A DNA stretch of 64,000 nt from Chiloscyllium plagiosum (lineage: Eukaryota). A program made the translations under genes and the position numbers. Below the pieces are notes generated by a model. That model ran no database searches. It was given only the letters and a program-made list of their open reading frames with translations, and was not told the origin of the DNA. Every line of letters starts with the position of its first letter. The stretch's first letter is position 1. Below are positions 1 through 11,602 of the stretch, piece after piece. The stretch covers positions 15,826,550-15,890,549 of the forward strand of contig NC_057750.1 of the NCBI RefSeq assembly GCF_004010195.1. Reading direction: 5' to 3'.

Positions 1-688
1 TCTTGTACACCAGTCACTGAAGGTAAGCATGCAGGTACAGCAGGTAGTGAAGAACGTTAATAGCATGCTGGCCTTCATAACGAGAGGGATTGAGTATAGA
101 AGCAAAGAGGTTCTTCTGCAGCTGTACAGGGCCCTGGTGAGACCACACCTGGAGTATTGTGTGCAGTTCTGGTCTCCAAATTTGAGGAAAGACATTCTGG
201 CTATTGAGAGAGTGCAGCGTAGGTTCACGAGGTCAATTCCTGGAATGGCGGGATTACCTTACGCTGAAAGACTGGAGCGACTATGCTTGTATACTCTTGA
301 GTTTAGAAGACTGAGAAGGGATCTGATTGAGACATATAAGATTATTAAAGGATTGGACACTCTGGAGGCAAGAAACATGTTTAAGCTGATGGGTGAGTGC
401 CGAACCAGAGGACACAGCTTAAAAATACGGGGTAGACCATTTAGGACAGAGATGAGGAGAAACTTCTTCACCCAGAGAGTGGTCGCTGTGGGGAATGCTC
501 TGCCCCAGAGGGCAGTGGAGGCCCAGTCTCTGGATTCATTTAAGAAAGAGTTGGATAGAGCTCTCAAGGATAGTGGAATCAAGGGTTATGGAGATAAGGC
601 AGGAACAGGATACTGATTAAGGATGATCAGCCATGATCATATTGAATGGTGGTGCAGGCTCGAAGGGCAGAATGGCCTACTCCTGCAC
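1..688 (+). mobile_element. CR1-clade LINE, ORF2 C-terminus and 3' tail
   Basis: ORF 29-616 has CR1 motifs (LYRALVRPHLEYCVQFWSP, RRDLIETYKI, RTRGHSLK, RRNFFTQRVV) and is followed by a short tandem tail (tctattg). Confidence 0.92.
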
Positions 689-704
689 CTATTATCTATT
701 GTCT

Positions 705-1280
705 ATTGAAAGGGTTCAGAAAAGATTTACAAGGATGTTGCTGGGATTGGAGAGTTTGGGCTATAGGTAGAGGTTGAAGAAGCTTTGGCATTTTTTCCTG
801 GAGCATCAGAGGCTGAGGGGTGACCCAATAGAAGTTTATAAAATCATGAGGGGCATGGCTGGGTGAATAGTCAGGGTCTTTCTCCCAGGGCTGGGGAGTC
901 CAAAACTGGAAGGCACAGGTTTAAGGTGAGAGGGGAAAGATTTAAAAGGGACCTGAGGGGTAACTTTTTCTCGCATTGGGTGGTGCGTGTATGGAATGAG
1001 CTGTCAGAGGAAATTGGAGTCAAGAGTGTGGTGCTGGAAAAGCACAGCAGGTCAGGCAGCATCCGAGGAGCAGGAGGGCCGTCGTTTTGGGAAAAAGCCC
1101 TCATTTTTGCCTGTTCAGGGGAAGTTGTGGATGCTGGTACAATTACAACATTTAAAAGGCATCTGGATGAGTATATGAACAGGAAGGGTTTAGAGGAATA
1201 TAGGCCAAATGTTGGCAAATGAGACTAGATTAATGTAGGATATCTGGTCCACATGGACAAGTTGGTCCAAAGGGTATGTT
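705..1280 (+). mobile_element. CR1/HER1-type LINE 3' fragment; interrupted by a PLE terminal fragment at about 1017-1110 and by the PLE at 1281; its tail resumes at about 2502-2535
   Basis: Degenerate CR1 C-terminal motifs (RHRFKVRGERFKRDLRGNFF); 3' tail resembles the HE1 SINE tail. Confidence 0.85.
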
Positions 1281-2501
1281 GCTGAAAATGTGTTGCTGGA
1301 AAAGCGCAGCAGGTCAGGCAGCATCCAAGGAACAGGAGAATCGACGTTTCGGGCATAAGCCCTTCTTCAGGAATAAGGAAAGTGTGTCCTAGCAGGCTAA
1401 GATAAAAGGTAGGGAGGAGGGACTTGGGGGAGGGGCTTTGGAAATGCGATAGGTGGAGGGAGGTCAAGGTGACGGTGATAGGCCGGAGTGGGGTGGGGGC
1501 GGAGAGGTCAGGAANNNNNNNNNNNNNNNNNNNNNNNNNNNNNNNNNNNNNNNNNNNNNNNNNNNNNNNNNNNNNNNNNNNNNNNNNNNNNNNNNNNNNN
1601 NNNNNNNNNNNNNNNNNNNNNNNNNNNNNNNNNNNNNNNNNNNNNNNNNNNNNNNNNNNNNNNNNNNNNNNNNNNNNNNNNNNNNNNNNNNNNNNNNNNN
1701 NNNNNNNNNNNNNNNNNNNNNNNNNNNNNNNNNNNNNNNNNNNNNNNNNNNNNNNNNNNNNNNNNNNNNNNNNNNNNNNNNNNNNNNNNNNNNNNNNNNN
1801 NNNNNNNNNNNNNNNNNNNNNNNNNNNNNNNNNNNNNNNNNNNNNNNNNNNNNNNNNNNNNNNNNNNNNNNNNNNNNNNNNNNNNNNNNNNNNNNNNNNN
1901 NNNNNNNNNNNNNNNNNNNNNNNNNNNNNNNNNNNNNNNNNNNNNNNNNNNNNNNNNNNNNNNNNNNNNNNNNNNNNNNNNNNNNNNNNNNNNNNNNNNN
2001 NNNNNNNNNNNNNNNNNNNNNNNNNNNNNNNNNNNNNNNNNNNNNNNNNNNNNNNNNNNNNNNNNNNNNNNTGGAGGGCATCGTCGACTACGTCTGGCGG
2101 GAAATTGTGGTCCTTGAAGAAGGAGGCCATCTGGGTTGTACGGTTTTGGAACTGGTCCTCCTGGGAGCAGATGCGGCGGAGTCGAAGGAATTGGGAATAT
2201 GGGATGGCGTTTTTACAGGGGGCAGGGTGGGAGGAGGTGTAGTCTAGGTAGCTGTGGGAGTCGGTCAGTTTATAGTAGATGTCCGTGTCGATTCGGTCAC
2301 CCGAGATAGAAATGGAAAGGTCTAGGAAGGGGAGGGAGGAGTCTGAGGTCGGGGTGGAAGATGTTGGTAAAGTGGATGAACTGTTCAACCTCCTCGTGGG
2401 AGCACGAGGCAGCGCCGATACAGTCATCGATGTAGCGGAGGAAAAGGTGGGGGGTGGTGCCAGTGTAGCTGCGGAAGATGGACTGTTCCACATATCCTAC
2501 G
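1281..2501 (-). mobile_element. 5'-truncated Penelope-like element (family A) spanning the assembly gap
   Basis: RT motifs (FLRYIDDCIG, LPFLDLSI, TDIYYKLTDSHSYLDYTSSHP, IPYSQFLRLRRICS); hammerhead-like motif at 1339-1374; 11-bp TSD AAGGGTATGTT at 1270-1280 and 2502-2512. Confidence 0.9.
1515..2071. other. Assembly gap (N run)
   Basis: Run of N bases. Confidence 1.
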
Positions 2502-3299
2502 AAGGGTATGTTTCCATGCTTACATCCCTATGAAAGGAATAGGCATAGCTAGCAATCTGTTGCCTGCTCTGTGGGAAGGGGTGGGAGTGGTGAGCTACAA
2601 ACTCTCTAAGAACAACACAAGAAAATTCCTCTTTCACTGGAGTGAAAAATTACTTGATTGAACAGAAAAAAAAACATGCCCAGTACAATCTTTTTCAAAA
2701 AGCTATAATTTCCCAAACAACACAAGGGCTGCCTGTTCATTGAACAGAATCAATATGCATATATTATGGTCTGTGTCTCTGTCACCTCCTCCAACCTGAC
2801 ACTCCCTGAACCTCCACCTCCCCGACTCCCATCTCTCTGTGGCTCCATCACCTGAGTTCTCCTTTCACCTCACAATTGTGTCTTTCGGTTGATTGGCTTC
2901 ACTCTGAGAGATTCAAATCCCCACCACCCCCTCCCCAAACCAAACTTCTCATGTTCTCTACATCCCTTTTTATAAATTTTAAATGAAATGGGTTTGCCCC
3001 TCAGGCTGTATGGCGAGATGAAATGTGCATTGCAAATGTTAAGAGTACTGCAATTGTATTGAGACACTGAAGAGTGAAATGTGCGGAATGGAGAACTGTT
3101 GAATTTGATTGCACTTACTGTAATTTTCAAATCAAAATGTTTCATAATGTACTGTTACAAATTTTCTGAATAAAGTATGTTGCTGGAGAAAAATAAATAA
3201 AAAAATAAATCCTGGCCTTGGCCAGCAAGGCTCACATCCTGAGAACCAAACAAAAACATAAGGGTAGCGCTCTTATCTCTGAGTTGGTCAAGATACCAC

Positions 3300-3460
3300 T
3301 GCAGAGATTTGTGATTATAATCCAGATTGATACACAAATGAAACACAATTTGAGATGTTGTTGTCTGAAGGAGATGCTAGACAAAGGTTGTGTGGTAAAT
3401 GATCCCACAATATCCCTCCAAAGAAGAGCAGGGAAGTTCTCACTAGTGGTCTGGACAGTG
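3300..3460 (+). mobile_element. Degenerate DeuSINE (SacSINE1/AmnSINE1-like) relic
   Basis: Similarity by eye to the Deu domain (gatcccac...aagaagagcagggaagttctc...gtctgg). Confidence 0.45.
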
Positions 3461-3789
3461 TTAGGTCCACAAGCAGCATTGCTGAAGGACAGTGGCCTCA
3501 AACATTTGCTCCATTGAATTGGATATCTAGAATCTGGCTTTACAGGAGTCAGTCAGGGTAAATTATGATTGAGCCACTTCTGGAGAGTTTGCTGTTGATG
3601 AGCACAATGTGAAGAGTAGTAACCTGCACACCCAGAAACATGCCGAGTGAGACTGTGATATTAGTTGGTGTTCATCCTTGATTTGACACTCAATATGTCA
3701 CTTTAGGTCCATATGCCCCTATTCCCACGCACTGGTGAAGATGCATAGCTGAACAGGCTACTGTATGAGGGAACCATAGAGCCATAGAC

Positions 3790-4310
3790 TTGGAGATGTA
3801 CAGCACAGAAACAGACCCTTCAATCCAAGCCATCCATGCTGACCAGATATTCTACCTTAATCTAGTCCCATTTGCCAGGATTTGGCCCATATCCCTCTAA
3901 ACACTTCCTATTCATATACCCATCCAAATGCCTTTAAATGTTGTAATTGTATCAGCCTCCACCACTTCCTCTGGCAACTCATTCCGTACATGCACCACAT
4001 AATGCATGAAAAAATTGCCCCTTAGGTCCATTTTACATCTTTCTTCTCTCACGTTAAACCTATGCCCTCTCATTCTGGACTCTGGGGAAAAGCCCTGACT
4101 ATTCATCCTATCTATGCCCCTTATGACTTTATAAACTTCTATAGGATCACCCCTCAGCCTCCAATGCTCCAGGGAAAAAAGTCCCAGCCTATTCAGCCTC
4201 TCCCTCTGGCTCAAACCCTCCAACCCTGGTAGCATTCTTGTAACTCCTTTCTGAGTTCTTTCAAGTTTCACAACATCTTTCCTGTAGCAGGGAGACCAGA
4301 ATTGAACAAA
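3790..4310 (-). mobile_element. CR1/HER1-type LINE 3' end
   Basis: ORF 3912-4313 (VQFWSPCYRKDVVKLER...RGDPIEVYK...RGNFF) plus 3' tail. Confidence 0.9.
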
Positions 4311-4317
4311 CACAAGA

Positions 4318-4570
4318 TCATCACAAAAATAGGAGCAGGAGTAGGCCAGCCAGTTCCTTGAGCCTCCTCTTCAATAAATCGATTGTGGCTGATCTGACTG
4401 TGGCCTTAACTTCACTTTTCTGTCTGTCCGGCATTACTAATGACTCCCTTAAATCTGTCCAACTCAGCCTTGAATGTATGAAATGATTCAGCCTCTATTG
4501 TTCTCTGCAGAAGAGATTTCCACAAACTAATGATCCTCTGAGAGAAAGAAATACTGCTCATCTCCGCCTT
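4318..4570 (-). mobile_element. CR1 LINE 3' end, degenerate
   Basis: FSQRIISLWKSL...FKAELDRF motif and tail with ggcctactcctgctcctatt. Confidence 0.75.
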
Positions 4571-5419
4571 CGTACAGAGACCTTCACCGAGTAATGAAGG
4601 AACAATGTTTGATGATACAACATCATATGACAGTGGGAGGATTGCATACAGAGGGTTAACACCCACATTTGCAAGGCAGCAGGGTGTCAAAATAATAGGA
4701 AAATTAAAAGCCTTTCACCGAAATTTCAAAGGTATGAGGGATCTTCAGGTAACACTTCACAAATGATATTTTCTCCACCAGGAGGTAAGGTAAAACCTTA
4801 AAAGTTGATGGATTTTCTTATGCTTACACATTGTCAGATATTTTATTCTTAGCTATTCTTAGGTAATCCTAGCTCTTCTAAAGTATTCTTGAATAGTTAT
4901 AAATAACATCAAGTTGAATTCTATTAGATTCGATATTACATAACACCATAAGATATAGGAGCAGAATTAGGCCATTTGGCCCATAGAGTCTGCATCTTTT
5001 GATAGTGAACTTGTCCATTTAAAATGTACCACTTGTTAATGACTGTTAATAAAATTGTAAAATGAGTTTTAATTTTACATACTTCCTCAAGTGGGGTAGT
5101 GTATTTTTTGGAGAAAGAAATCCCAGATTCTTAAAATATCTCAGTGTTTACAGAACAGCAAAGTCTTTTTGAAAGGTAAGCAATCTATTGGAAGAATGAT
5201 TACATTCTCAGCAGCCTTTTCTCCAGTGGGTTGGTAGTCTAAATCATACAAACCTAAGATTAAGCATTTGTGGAATTAGCTGGTTAAACTTGGCAGACCT
5301 ACATTAAAAGAGAAGTACTAAGCTCTAAATAAGAGTTAAAAACTGGAAAAAAACTTCAGGTGGTGTCCAATCAGGTGTAATAATTTCCTATCTTGACAAA
5401 AATGAACTGAACTGTTTGA

Positions 5420-5630
5420 ACATAGAACGTTACAGCGCAGTACAGGCCCTTCGGCCCTCGATGTTGCACTGATCTGTGGAAGCAATCGGAAGAGCATCTA
5501 TCCTACACTATTCCATTTTCATCCATATGTTTATCCAATGACCATTTAAATGTCCTTAAAGTTGGTGAGTCTAACTACTGTTGCAAGCAGTACATTCCAC
5601 ACCCCTGCTACTCTCTGATTAAAGAAGCTA
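5420..5630 (-). mobile_element. CR1 LINE 3' tail fragment
   Basis: Tail acatagaac...caggcccttcggccctcgatgttgc, shared with copies at about 34050 and 62010. Confidence 0.75.
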
Positions 5631-6075
5631 CCTTGTTTTATTTACAAGTGTTGAAGGAGTGTTTTACTGTCAGTGGTAATAAGACCCTTTGTCAGGTTGT
5701 GGGAGACATAGTTTGACATCTGGTTTCATTAAACATATGATCTTCAGGTGGAAAATATTATCTCAAGTTGGTATTAAACCCCTAATTGAGATTAGGTCTG
5801 GACATGATGACACCAGAAAGCATAGGCCTAAATGATCCCTTGCGAGAGCCATCAGTTTGTTTTAACAAATGGCACAATGCGATCCCAATTCCAGAGGATC
5901 AGCTCTGTTACATTCAAGATACAGGATTTTGATGGTGATGTGAGAGCTCACAGTGTTATTCTGGTTAACGCTTGTAGATGCTATTGAATGGGATGATCAG
6001 AATAAAAGCCCTGGGTTCAAATTCCAACTGCTCCAGAGGTGTGTAATAATATTTCTGAACAGGTTGATTACAAAA

Positions 6076-6553
6076 TATATTGTCAGAGCCCGGGTGTCCC
6101 TGGAGAAGGAGCACACTGTGTCCTGCAACACCCTCAAGATTTTCAGAGAAAGGTGGGCACTGCAGGGAGTGGAGTGTATTATTTCCCCCTCCAACTCTGT
6201 TTTTATTTAATCCTTTCCTGATGAAGGGCTTTTGCCCGAAATGTCGAATTTCCTGCTCCTCGGATGCTTCCTGACCTGCTGTGCTTTGCCAGCACCACAC
6301 TAATCTTCACTTTTATTTAATCCTTGCCCTCCACTTCACTGTTTGATTACACAGTATTGCCCTTTGGGAAGGGCACTGCTTGTTACTGGCCACGCGGGTG
6401 TTTCCTTTCTTCCTCGTGGTGGTACATAAATAGAAACTTACATACTTGTTGTTTTTCACTGTGTCCGACACCTGCACACACACACATGACATGGGTGCGG
6501 GGGAAAAATAAGCACTTAGGTGTTAGGTGGTAGTGTGGAGAAAAAGAAAAAAA
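6076..6553 (+). mobile_element. Tx1-like LINE ORF2 C-terminus and 3' UTR ending in an A-rich tail
   Basis: Peptide RARVSLEKEHTVSCNTLKIFRERWALQGVECII resembles Tx1 ORF2 ends; A-rich end near 6540-6553. Assignment is from recognition only. Confidence 0.55.
6216..6310 (+). mobile_element. 95-bp PLE terminal mini-insertion (hammerhead motif plus short 3' end)
   Basis: Perfect 15-bp TSD TTTTATTTAATCCTT at 6201-6215 and 6311-6325; CTGATGA-A-GGGC/TTTT/GCCC-GAAA-TG-TC core at 6218-6245. Confidence 0.88.
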
Positions 6554-7009
6554 GGCCTTGACCCACTGACCTCCTTTGTGAATGTGCACATTTTTTATCA
6601 CTGTCAGGTGCTTTGATGAATAAGGCATGTTGGGGGCTTGTGTATATGGCAGGATTGTAGGCCCCAGCAACCAACATGTGTAGCAGTCAAGGTTTCTGAT
6701 GAGGTTTCAACCCGAATCTGAGTAGTCATTAGTTCACTACTCACAGCCTCACAGACATTTATAGCAGAGAAAGAGGCCATTTGGCCCAGATATTTGCAAC
6801 TTGCAACAGGTCTAGTCTAGACCTAACACAGATCAAGCATTTGCTGCTGATGCATGTTTCTCAGCAGCTGCGCTCTCAGACTAATCCCCTCAGCAATGTT
6901 AATCTCAATTCCATTGGTGTCATTTGTGTGGAAAGCAGGAACCAATTAATGATGGCAAAACACCTTAGGGATTTTAAGCAATCTTAACAAATATGAAGCT
7001 TATTGTCAG

Positions 7010-8743
7010 GGCCGGAATGCAGAACATTTCCAGCAGCTCCTGAACATGATGACACCCACAGATTTAGTTCCTCCATGCAATCAGAACTACAGTTGGGTTC
7101 AAATTTATGATCAAGTCTTCAACGCAACAGAGGGCAGCCCCCATTTATAGCTCCTATTAAATAAATCCTTCACTCTGCAATTAAGTCTAATAGCTTATTT
7201 GCAGTTTATTGGTTAGGCAAAGGTCTAGCATGTGACAACTGGGACATTGTGCACAGTTGCTTACTTACCCAGCATTGTAATTCTGCCCTTAGATTTGTTA
7301 ATGAGTGTGCTTTAAGTGTTTAGCCTGATATCCAGCTGAAGTGGGGTGTCTAACAATTACTTGTGTAAATCACCATGATGGATTTGCTTCTGACTAGATC
7401 TGCAACACAACAGCATGCAGTGCAAATTACAGTTACTATGTGGCCATTTCCCACCTCAATAGACCATTCAAGTCTTTGGATTCCCAAGTGGGCTCTCTAA
7501 ATGAGAATCTCACCAGTGAGCAACCTCACTGGGATCTTCTCTGGGTCTCTCTCTGTTGGCCAACATTACTCAACATCTCAATGCATGCTCCAAGGGCAGC
7601 AATTGCCTGGACCTTCAGTCAACAGTATCAATGAAGCACCAGCCTCACTGCATCATCATGGCACATCTCGGATTAACTTATACAATTACTAACATGATCA
7701 TTCTAAAAGATGGAAGACTTAACCTAAATTTGTTTAATATTACACTCCATGACACTGCAATCCTGTTGCTGTAAAGTTTATGTCTTATGATTCTGCTTCA
7801 CAAGCACCTGATGAAGAAGCAGCACTTTGAAAGCTAGTGCTTCCAAATAAACCTGTTGGACTATAACCTGGTGTTGTGTGATTTTTAACTTTGTCCACCC
7901 CAGTCCAACACTGGCACCTCCAAATAATACAATTTCCAATACCTTACATTACAATGCTGCTGCCAGGTTGCATTATGTTAAGGAACACAGATCCATCTCA
8001 TGCATCGGCACAGGATTAATCTTAGGATTCTTAAGCTTGCTTTTTTAGCACACATTCACTTTGCATTTATTTAGATGTTCATGGTTATCTCTGCCTGCTT
8101 TGTCTTTCAGCACTGACAGAAAACCAGGCAGTTTGACAATAAATACCTGCAATGCACGGACAAGGGTGCTGACAATTGTGTGTGGCACTGTGCTATGTCA
8201 ATGTCATATCTATAGCATGTGTCAGCAGCTTACATGACAAACACACTGGATGTGTGTCAAGCAAACTGCCATGTCTGCAAGTTTAAGGGGAACAGTTCTC
8301 AGTTCAGTCAAGAGGGATAGAGGACAGGAAGAGTTAGTGGTTTTGGAGGGAGGCAGTAGTTGGTAGCTATTGAGGGAAGATGCTGCATGCAATACTGAGA
8401 TTGGCAAAGTGTGCACAAAGGTAGAGTTAGAGTGAGGGTGAGGCAGCAAGGAGAGGACGATGGCACCTACTGTTGTGGCGCATGGAAGGTCATTAACCTT
8501 CCTGCAGCACTGCTATACGTTCCTCTGGACCACAAACACAAGGCTGACCTAGTTGGCAATTATGGCATCAGTGGTGCAAGGTCCTGACACTGGTAAGTAT
8601 GGCCGCCTCTGCTTAGCATAAGGTTGAACATGAACAGTACAGTAGAGTCAAGGTACACACCTAATGAGGTGAGCCGGGTACAACTGTTATGAGAAAAGTT
8701 GCTAGGATTCCCAAACTCTCCAATTTGTGGGAAAGTTCAGCCC
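7010..8743. mobile_element. Possible ancient PIF/Harbinger relic (transposase trace on +, Myb/SANT trace on -)
   Basis: Minus strand about 8480-8565 reads IA.*VS.....R.*QCCRKVNDL (Myb/SANT-like); plus strand about 7580-7620 reads HAPRAAIAWTFS (weak HARBI1-like); terminus-like GGGCTGAACTTTCC ends at 8743. Confidence 0.35.
7805..7928 (+). mobile_element. PLE family B terminal fragment beginning at its hammerhead motif
   Basis: cacCTGATGA...GAAAGCTAgtg followed by the family-B 3' end (aaacctgttggactataacctggtgttgtgtgatttttaact...); stem II is degenerate. Confidence 0.8.
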
Positions 8744-9062
8744 TGATTTGCTAATGAATTGCAAGGTATTTCTTCACAGGAACAATGTTATATGATCCAA
8801 CTCCCTCTTGCAGCCTTGCAGAATGTTGAAGCCACAATAAGATATTTCTTAAATAAAGTGAATCTTTTCCTCACCTCGGCATACACTGTAAACATTCTTC
8901 AGTAATGCAAGACCAGGAATATTATACCATCTAACCTTGTGACCCTTGGGTAACCCAGGTACTTTTCCAGTATAACAAGGGATAACGGGTAGGAAAAGAT
9001 GGATAATTCATAGCTCAGTAAATCACAACATATTCCGAGACAGTCAGACAAATGAGAATTGC

Positions 9063-9068
9063 TTTAAT
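9063..9068 (-). terminator. Candidate distal polyadenylation signal (ATTAAA) of the CDC42EP gene
   Basis: ATTAAA on the minus strand within U-rich, non-repeat sequence about 1.5 kb downstream of the stop codon; not verifiable from sequence alone. Confidence 0.25.
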
Positions 9069-9829
9069 AGGAATAACCAATTGAATATTTTAACATTAGA
9101 AATGCAAACAAAAAAGATAAAATTCCATTCGACAGAAAGCTAAAAGCATGTTTGTACAATACATTCCTTGCATAGTGATGGCAGTTTTGTGATATATCCT
9201 ACTCAAGGACATACGCTGATTAATGGATCTATTTAAAAGGAAAGATCAACAGCATTAGGCACACAACATTCTCCCATTTAATAACCAGAGACATTCCAGT
9301 GCTCCACATTCCCAAATCTGTGAAAAACTTTGCGATACAGACTGGATCAGCCTGGCCTGATTGCCAGTAAGAGTGTGTTTACCTTTACATAGACACCCTC
9401 ACAGGAGGCAAGATGACAGAAACATTGCAGCAACCAAGCTCTCCGTTTAATTGGTCTCATCTAACTCACTGTGAAAGTACATTAATAGTAACTACAGAGG
9501 CCAGGGAGATGGCTGTTTACAAGGGAAGATATGGCATATGAAATGAAGGAAAAAGAGAAACTAACACCTCCCTGACAATCAACTAATGGACAATCTGATA
9601 CCTAAGCAAACAGTTTTTAGATGGTTTGGACTCAAGGGACAGTCTGTTCAGTTTTGCACCGGACAGTTTGAGTTTTGAGTGGGTGACCAGGAAATTTCTA
9701 AACTAAAAAGTAGAGAAATGGAAAAGGTTAAAGAGAAAGGCTATGGCCCCCCTCAGGCAGCTGAAATAAAGACAGCTAATGGTGCAGGAAAAGAAATTGG
9801 AGATGCAATGGTAGGCCAGGATTGAAGAT

Positions 9830-10020
9830 GCTTTGAAAAGGTTGTTGGGACTAGAGATGGTTACAGGGATTTGGAAAAGTTATAGAAGTCTGAACAGGTC
9901 ACAGATTTAGGAGCGGTATTGGGATTGAAGGGTGTTACTGAGATTTGGGAGTTTTAGTGAGGCTAGAAGAGGTTCCAGAGTGTTGGGAGGTTTATAATGG
10001 CTGGAGGAGGTTGCACAGAA
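9830..10020. repeat. Degenerate GA-rich minisatellite-like tract (similar tract at about 11820-12020)
   Basis: Repeated variants of ggctggaggaggttacagagattt(g/a)gg. Confidence 0.5.
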
Positions 10021-10608
10021 GGGAGTAAATTTCTGCTTACATTATACAGCTTTGTAGCCCTGGGGTAAACGGTTGGCATCAATAATGGGGACCATGTAGC
10101 CATCAGATTGTCGTAAAACCTCAACTAATTTATCTAGTTCGCCAATTGGCATTGTTGTTTCAATTGTTACATATTGTGTATCTTTCTGAATTCTAAACTA
10201 TTATGTAATCCTACAAAGAATGAAAACATTTTTACAGTCACAAGTTCAAGAATTTAACAGGGTTTTCAAACAATAGTTTAACATTTCTACCTTGCAGTGT
10301 TGTATATAATTCTGATATCACCCAGGATTGAAGGAAGTTTGTTGAAGTTAAAGAAGATAAAGTTATAGTTATACTCCATGTCAAATTAAGTTAACGTGAC
10401 ATTCCTTTTAACAGTTCCAGTTTAGCAAGCAGTATATCCGTGATTTGACGAGGGGAGCAGTTTCTAATATTTTCTCTCAGTCTGAGAGTAAGCATTCCCC
10501 TGAACTGTCAGCAGCCAACATGATATAATCATGTTTGGACATTCCCTAATCTCTTTGTCATTCTTTCAGCAGCCTTCCACCATTGGTTTATTAGCTTTCT
10601 TTATTGTA

Positions 10609-11349
10609 CTAGATCTTGTATCCATCCATAATTCTGAGGACATCATCCAGTATAGATGGCCCTAAATCGAGATTCAAGCCAAGGGAAGATTCAGATCCAC
10701 TCAGATATGTGTTAGAAGGGAAAAGGGTCTCATTATTGAGGGACATCTCGCTGTTGAAGATTAAGGCTCTCTTTCCATCCAGCTGCTCATTGCCAATGAC
10801 TGAGCATTCCGAGGAAGTGTTTGACTCCGCCAATAAAGAAACTGAAGACCCTGTTTTGTTGAAGGTTGGGATGGCAAACACTTCTTCAGCACTGTGGAAA
10901 CATTCTGTTGTACAGCTGACTGACAGTGCCCGTTGACCTGTGCCTTCCTCCAGGTGGAGTCTGGGAGGCTTTGGAGGAGCTTGTTCCTGGTCCTGGCTTT
11001 TGTGAGTGCCACCGAATGCCGGAAGAGAGACAGCATTCTTCAGTAGGGTAGGATAGTCACCTGCTCCATTGTTAAAACCTCGCTCATAGTTATATTCTTC
11101 ATCCAGTCCTTGTCCTGTACTTTGAGAAGTTGGCTTCTGGTTGAGGTTTGGAAGGACATCATACTTGCCCTGTAAGAAGGAGATGTCCCCAAACATGTCA
11201 CTTTCACCATCCTTCCCAATGTGGGCACTGTGACGGAAATCGCCCAAGGGTGGACTGATCATGTCACTAGACAGAACATCACGCAATCTCATCTTCTTGC
11301 CCCGTTTTGGGGTCGAAGTCTTTAGATACATTGGGGTTTTGGCAGGCAT
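10609..11349 (-). CDS. Cdc42 effector protein (Borg/CDC42EP family, CDC42EP2/EP3 clade), 246 aa, uninterrupted CDS
   Basis: Basic N-terminus; CRIB motif ISPPLGDFRHSAHIG; BH1 DMFGDISFLQG; LLKNAVSLP; BH2 PPKPPRLHL; septin-binding BH3 LNLDLGPSILDDVLRIMD. The exact paralogue is uncertain, so no symbol is given. Confidence 0.96.
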   Translation of the reverse strand: MPAKTPMYLKTSTPKRGKKMRLRDVLSSDMISPPLGDFRHSAHIGKDGESDMFGDISFLQGKYDVLPNLNQKPTSQSTGQGLDEEYNYERGFNNGAGDYPTLLKNAVSLPAFGGTHKSQDQEQAPPKPPRLHLEEGTGQRALSVSCTTECFHSAEEVFAIPTFNKTGSSVSLLAESNTSSECSVIGNEQLDGKRALIFNSEMSLNNETLFPSNTYLSGSESSLGLNLDLGPSILDDVLRIMDGYKI

Positions 11350-11602
11350 GTTGCACCGGGTTTCTCAAGCTAAACGAGTCCTCAAGTGATAGAAAAGCCC
11401 AAATGCTAGAAAACAGTTCTTGATTTCTCTTCAGCAAAGCATCTCAAACAGCTCCCGTTTCATTCAAATATTGGCAACACAGTTCAAGATAATTGTCACA
11501 TTGACAGCAGCGTCACTGATCTTGGTTATACCTCAGATTCCACAGTTGCAAAGGCAAGAGGCAGGACTATACAGCATCTGTCACCTCCTTACACATCGAA
11601 GC
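11350..11602 (-). other. 5' UTR portion of the coding exon; splice acceptor AG at 11604-11603
   Basis: Minus strand reads ttcttcatttgtttgtgtgttttcAG|gcttcg; CDC42EP genes typically have a non-coding first exon. Confidence 0.7.

Noticed and set aside
29..616. 195-aa open ORF as a host gene
   Set aside because: It is the C-terminus of CR1 ORF2.
1225..2493. Long ORFs (205-422 aa) in several frames
   Set aside because: They are artefacts of reading through the N gap; only the PLE RT fragment is real.
10616..11228. Antisense and alternative-frame ORFs overlapping CDC42EP
   Set aside because: Shadow ORFs with no recognisable motifs.
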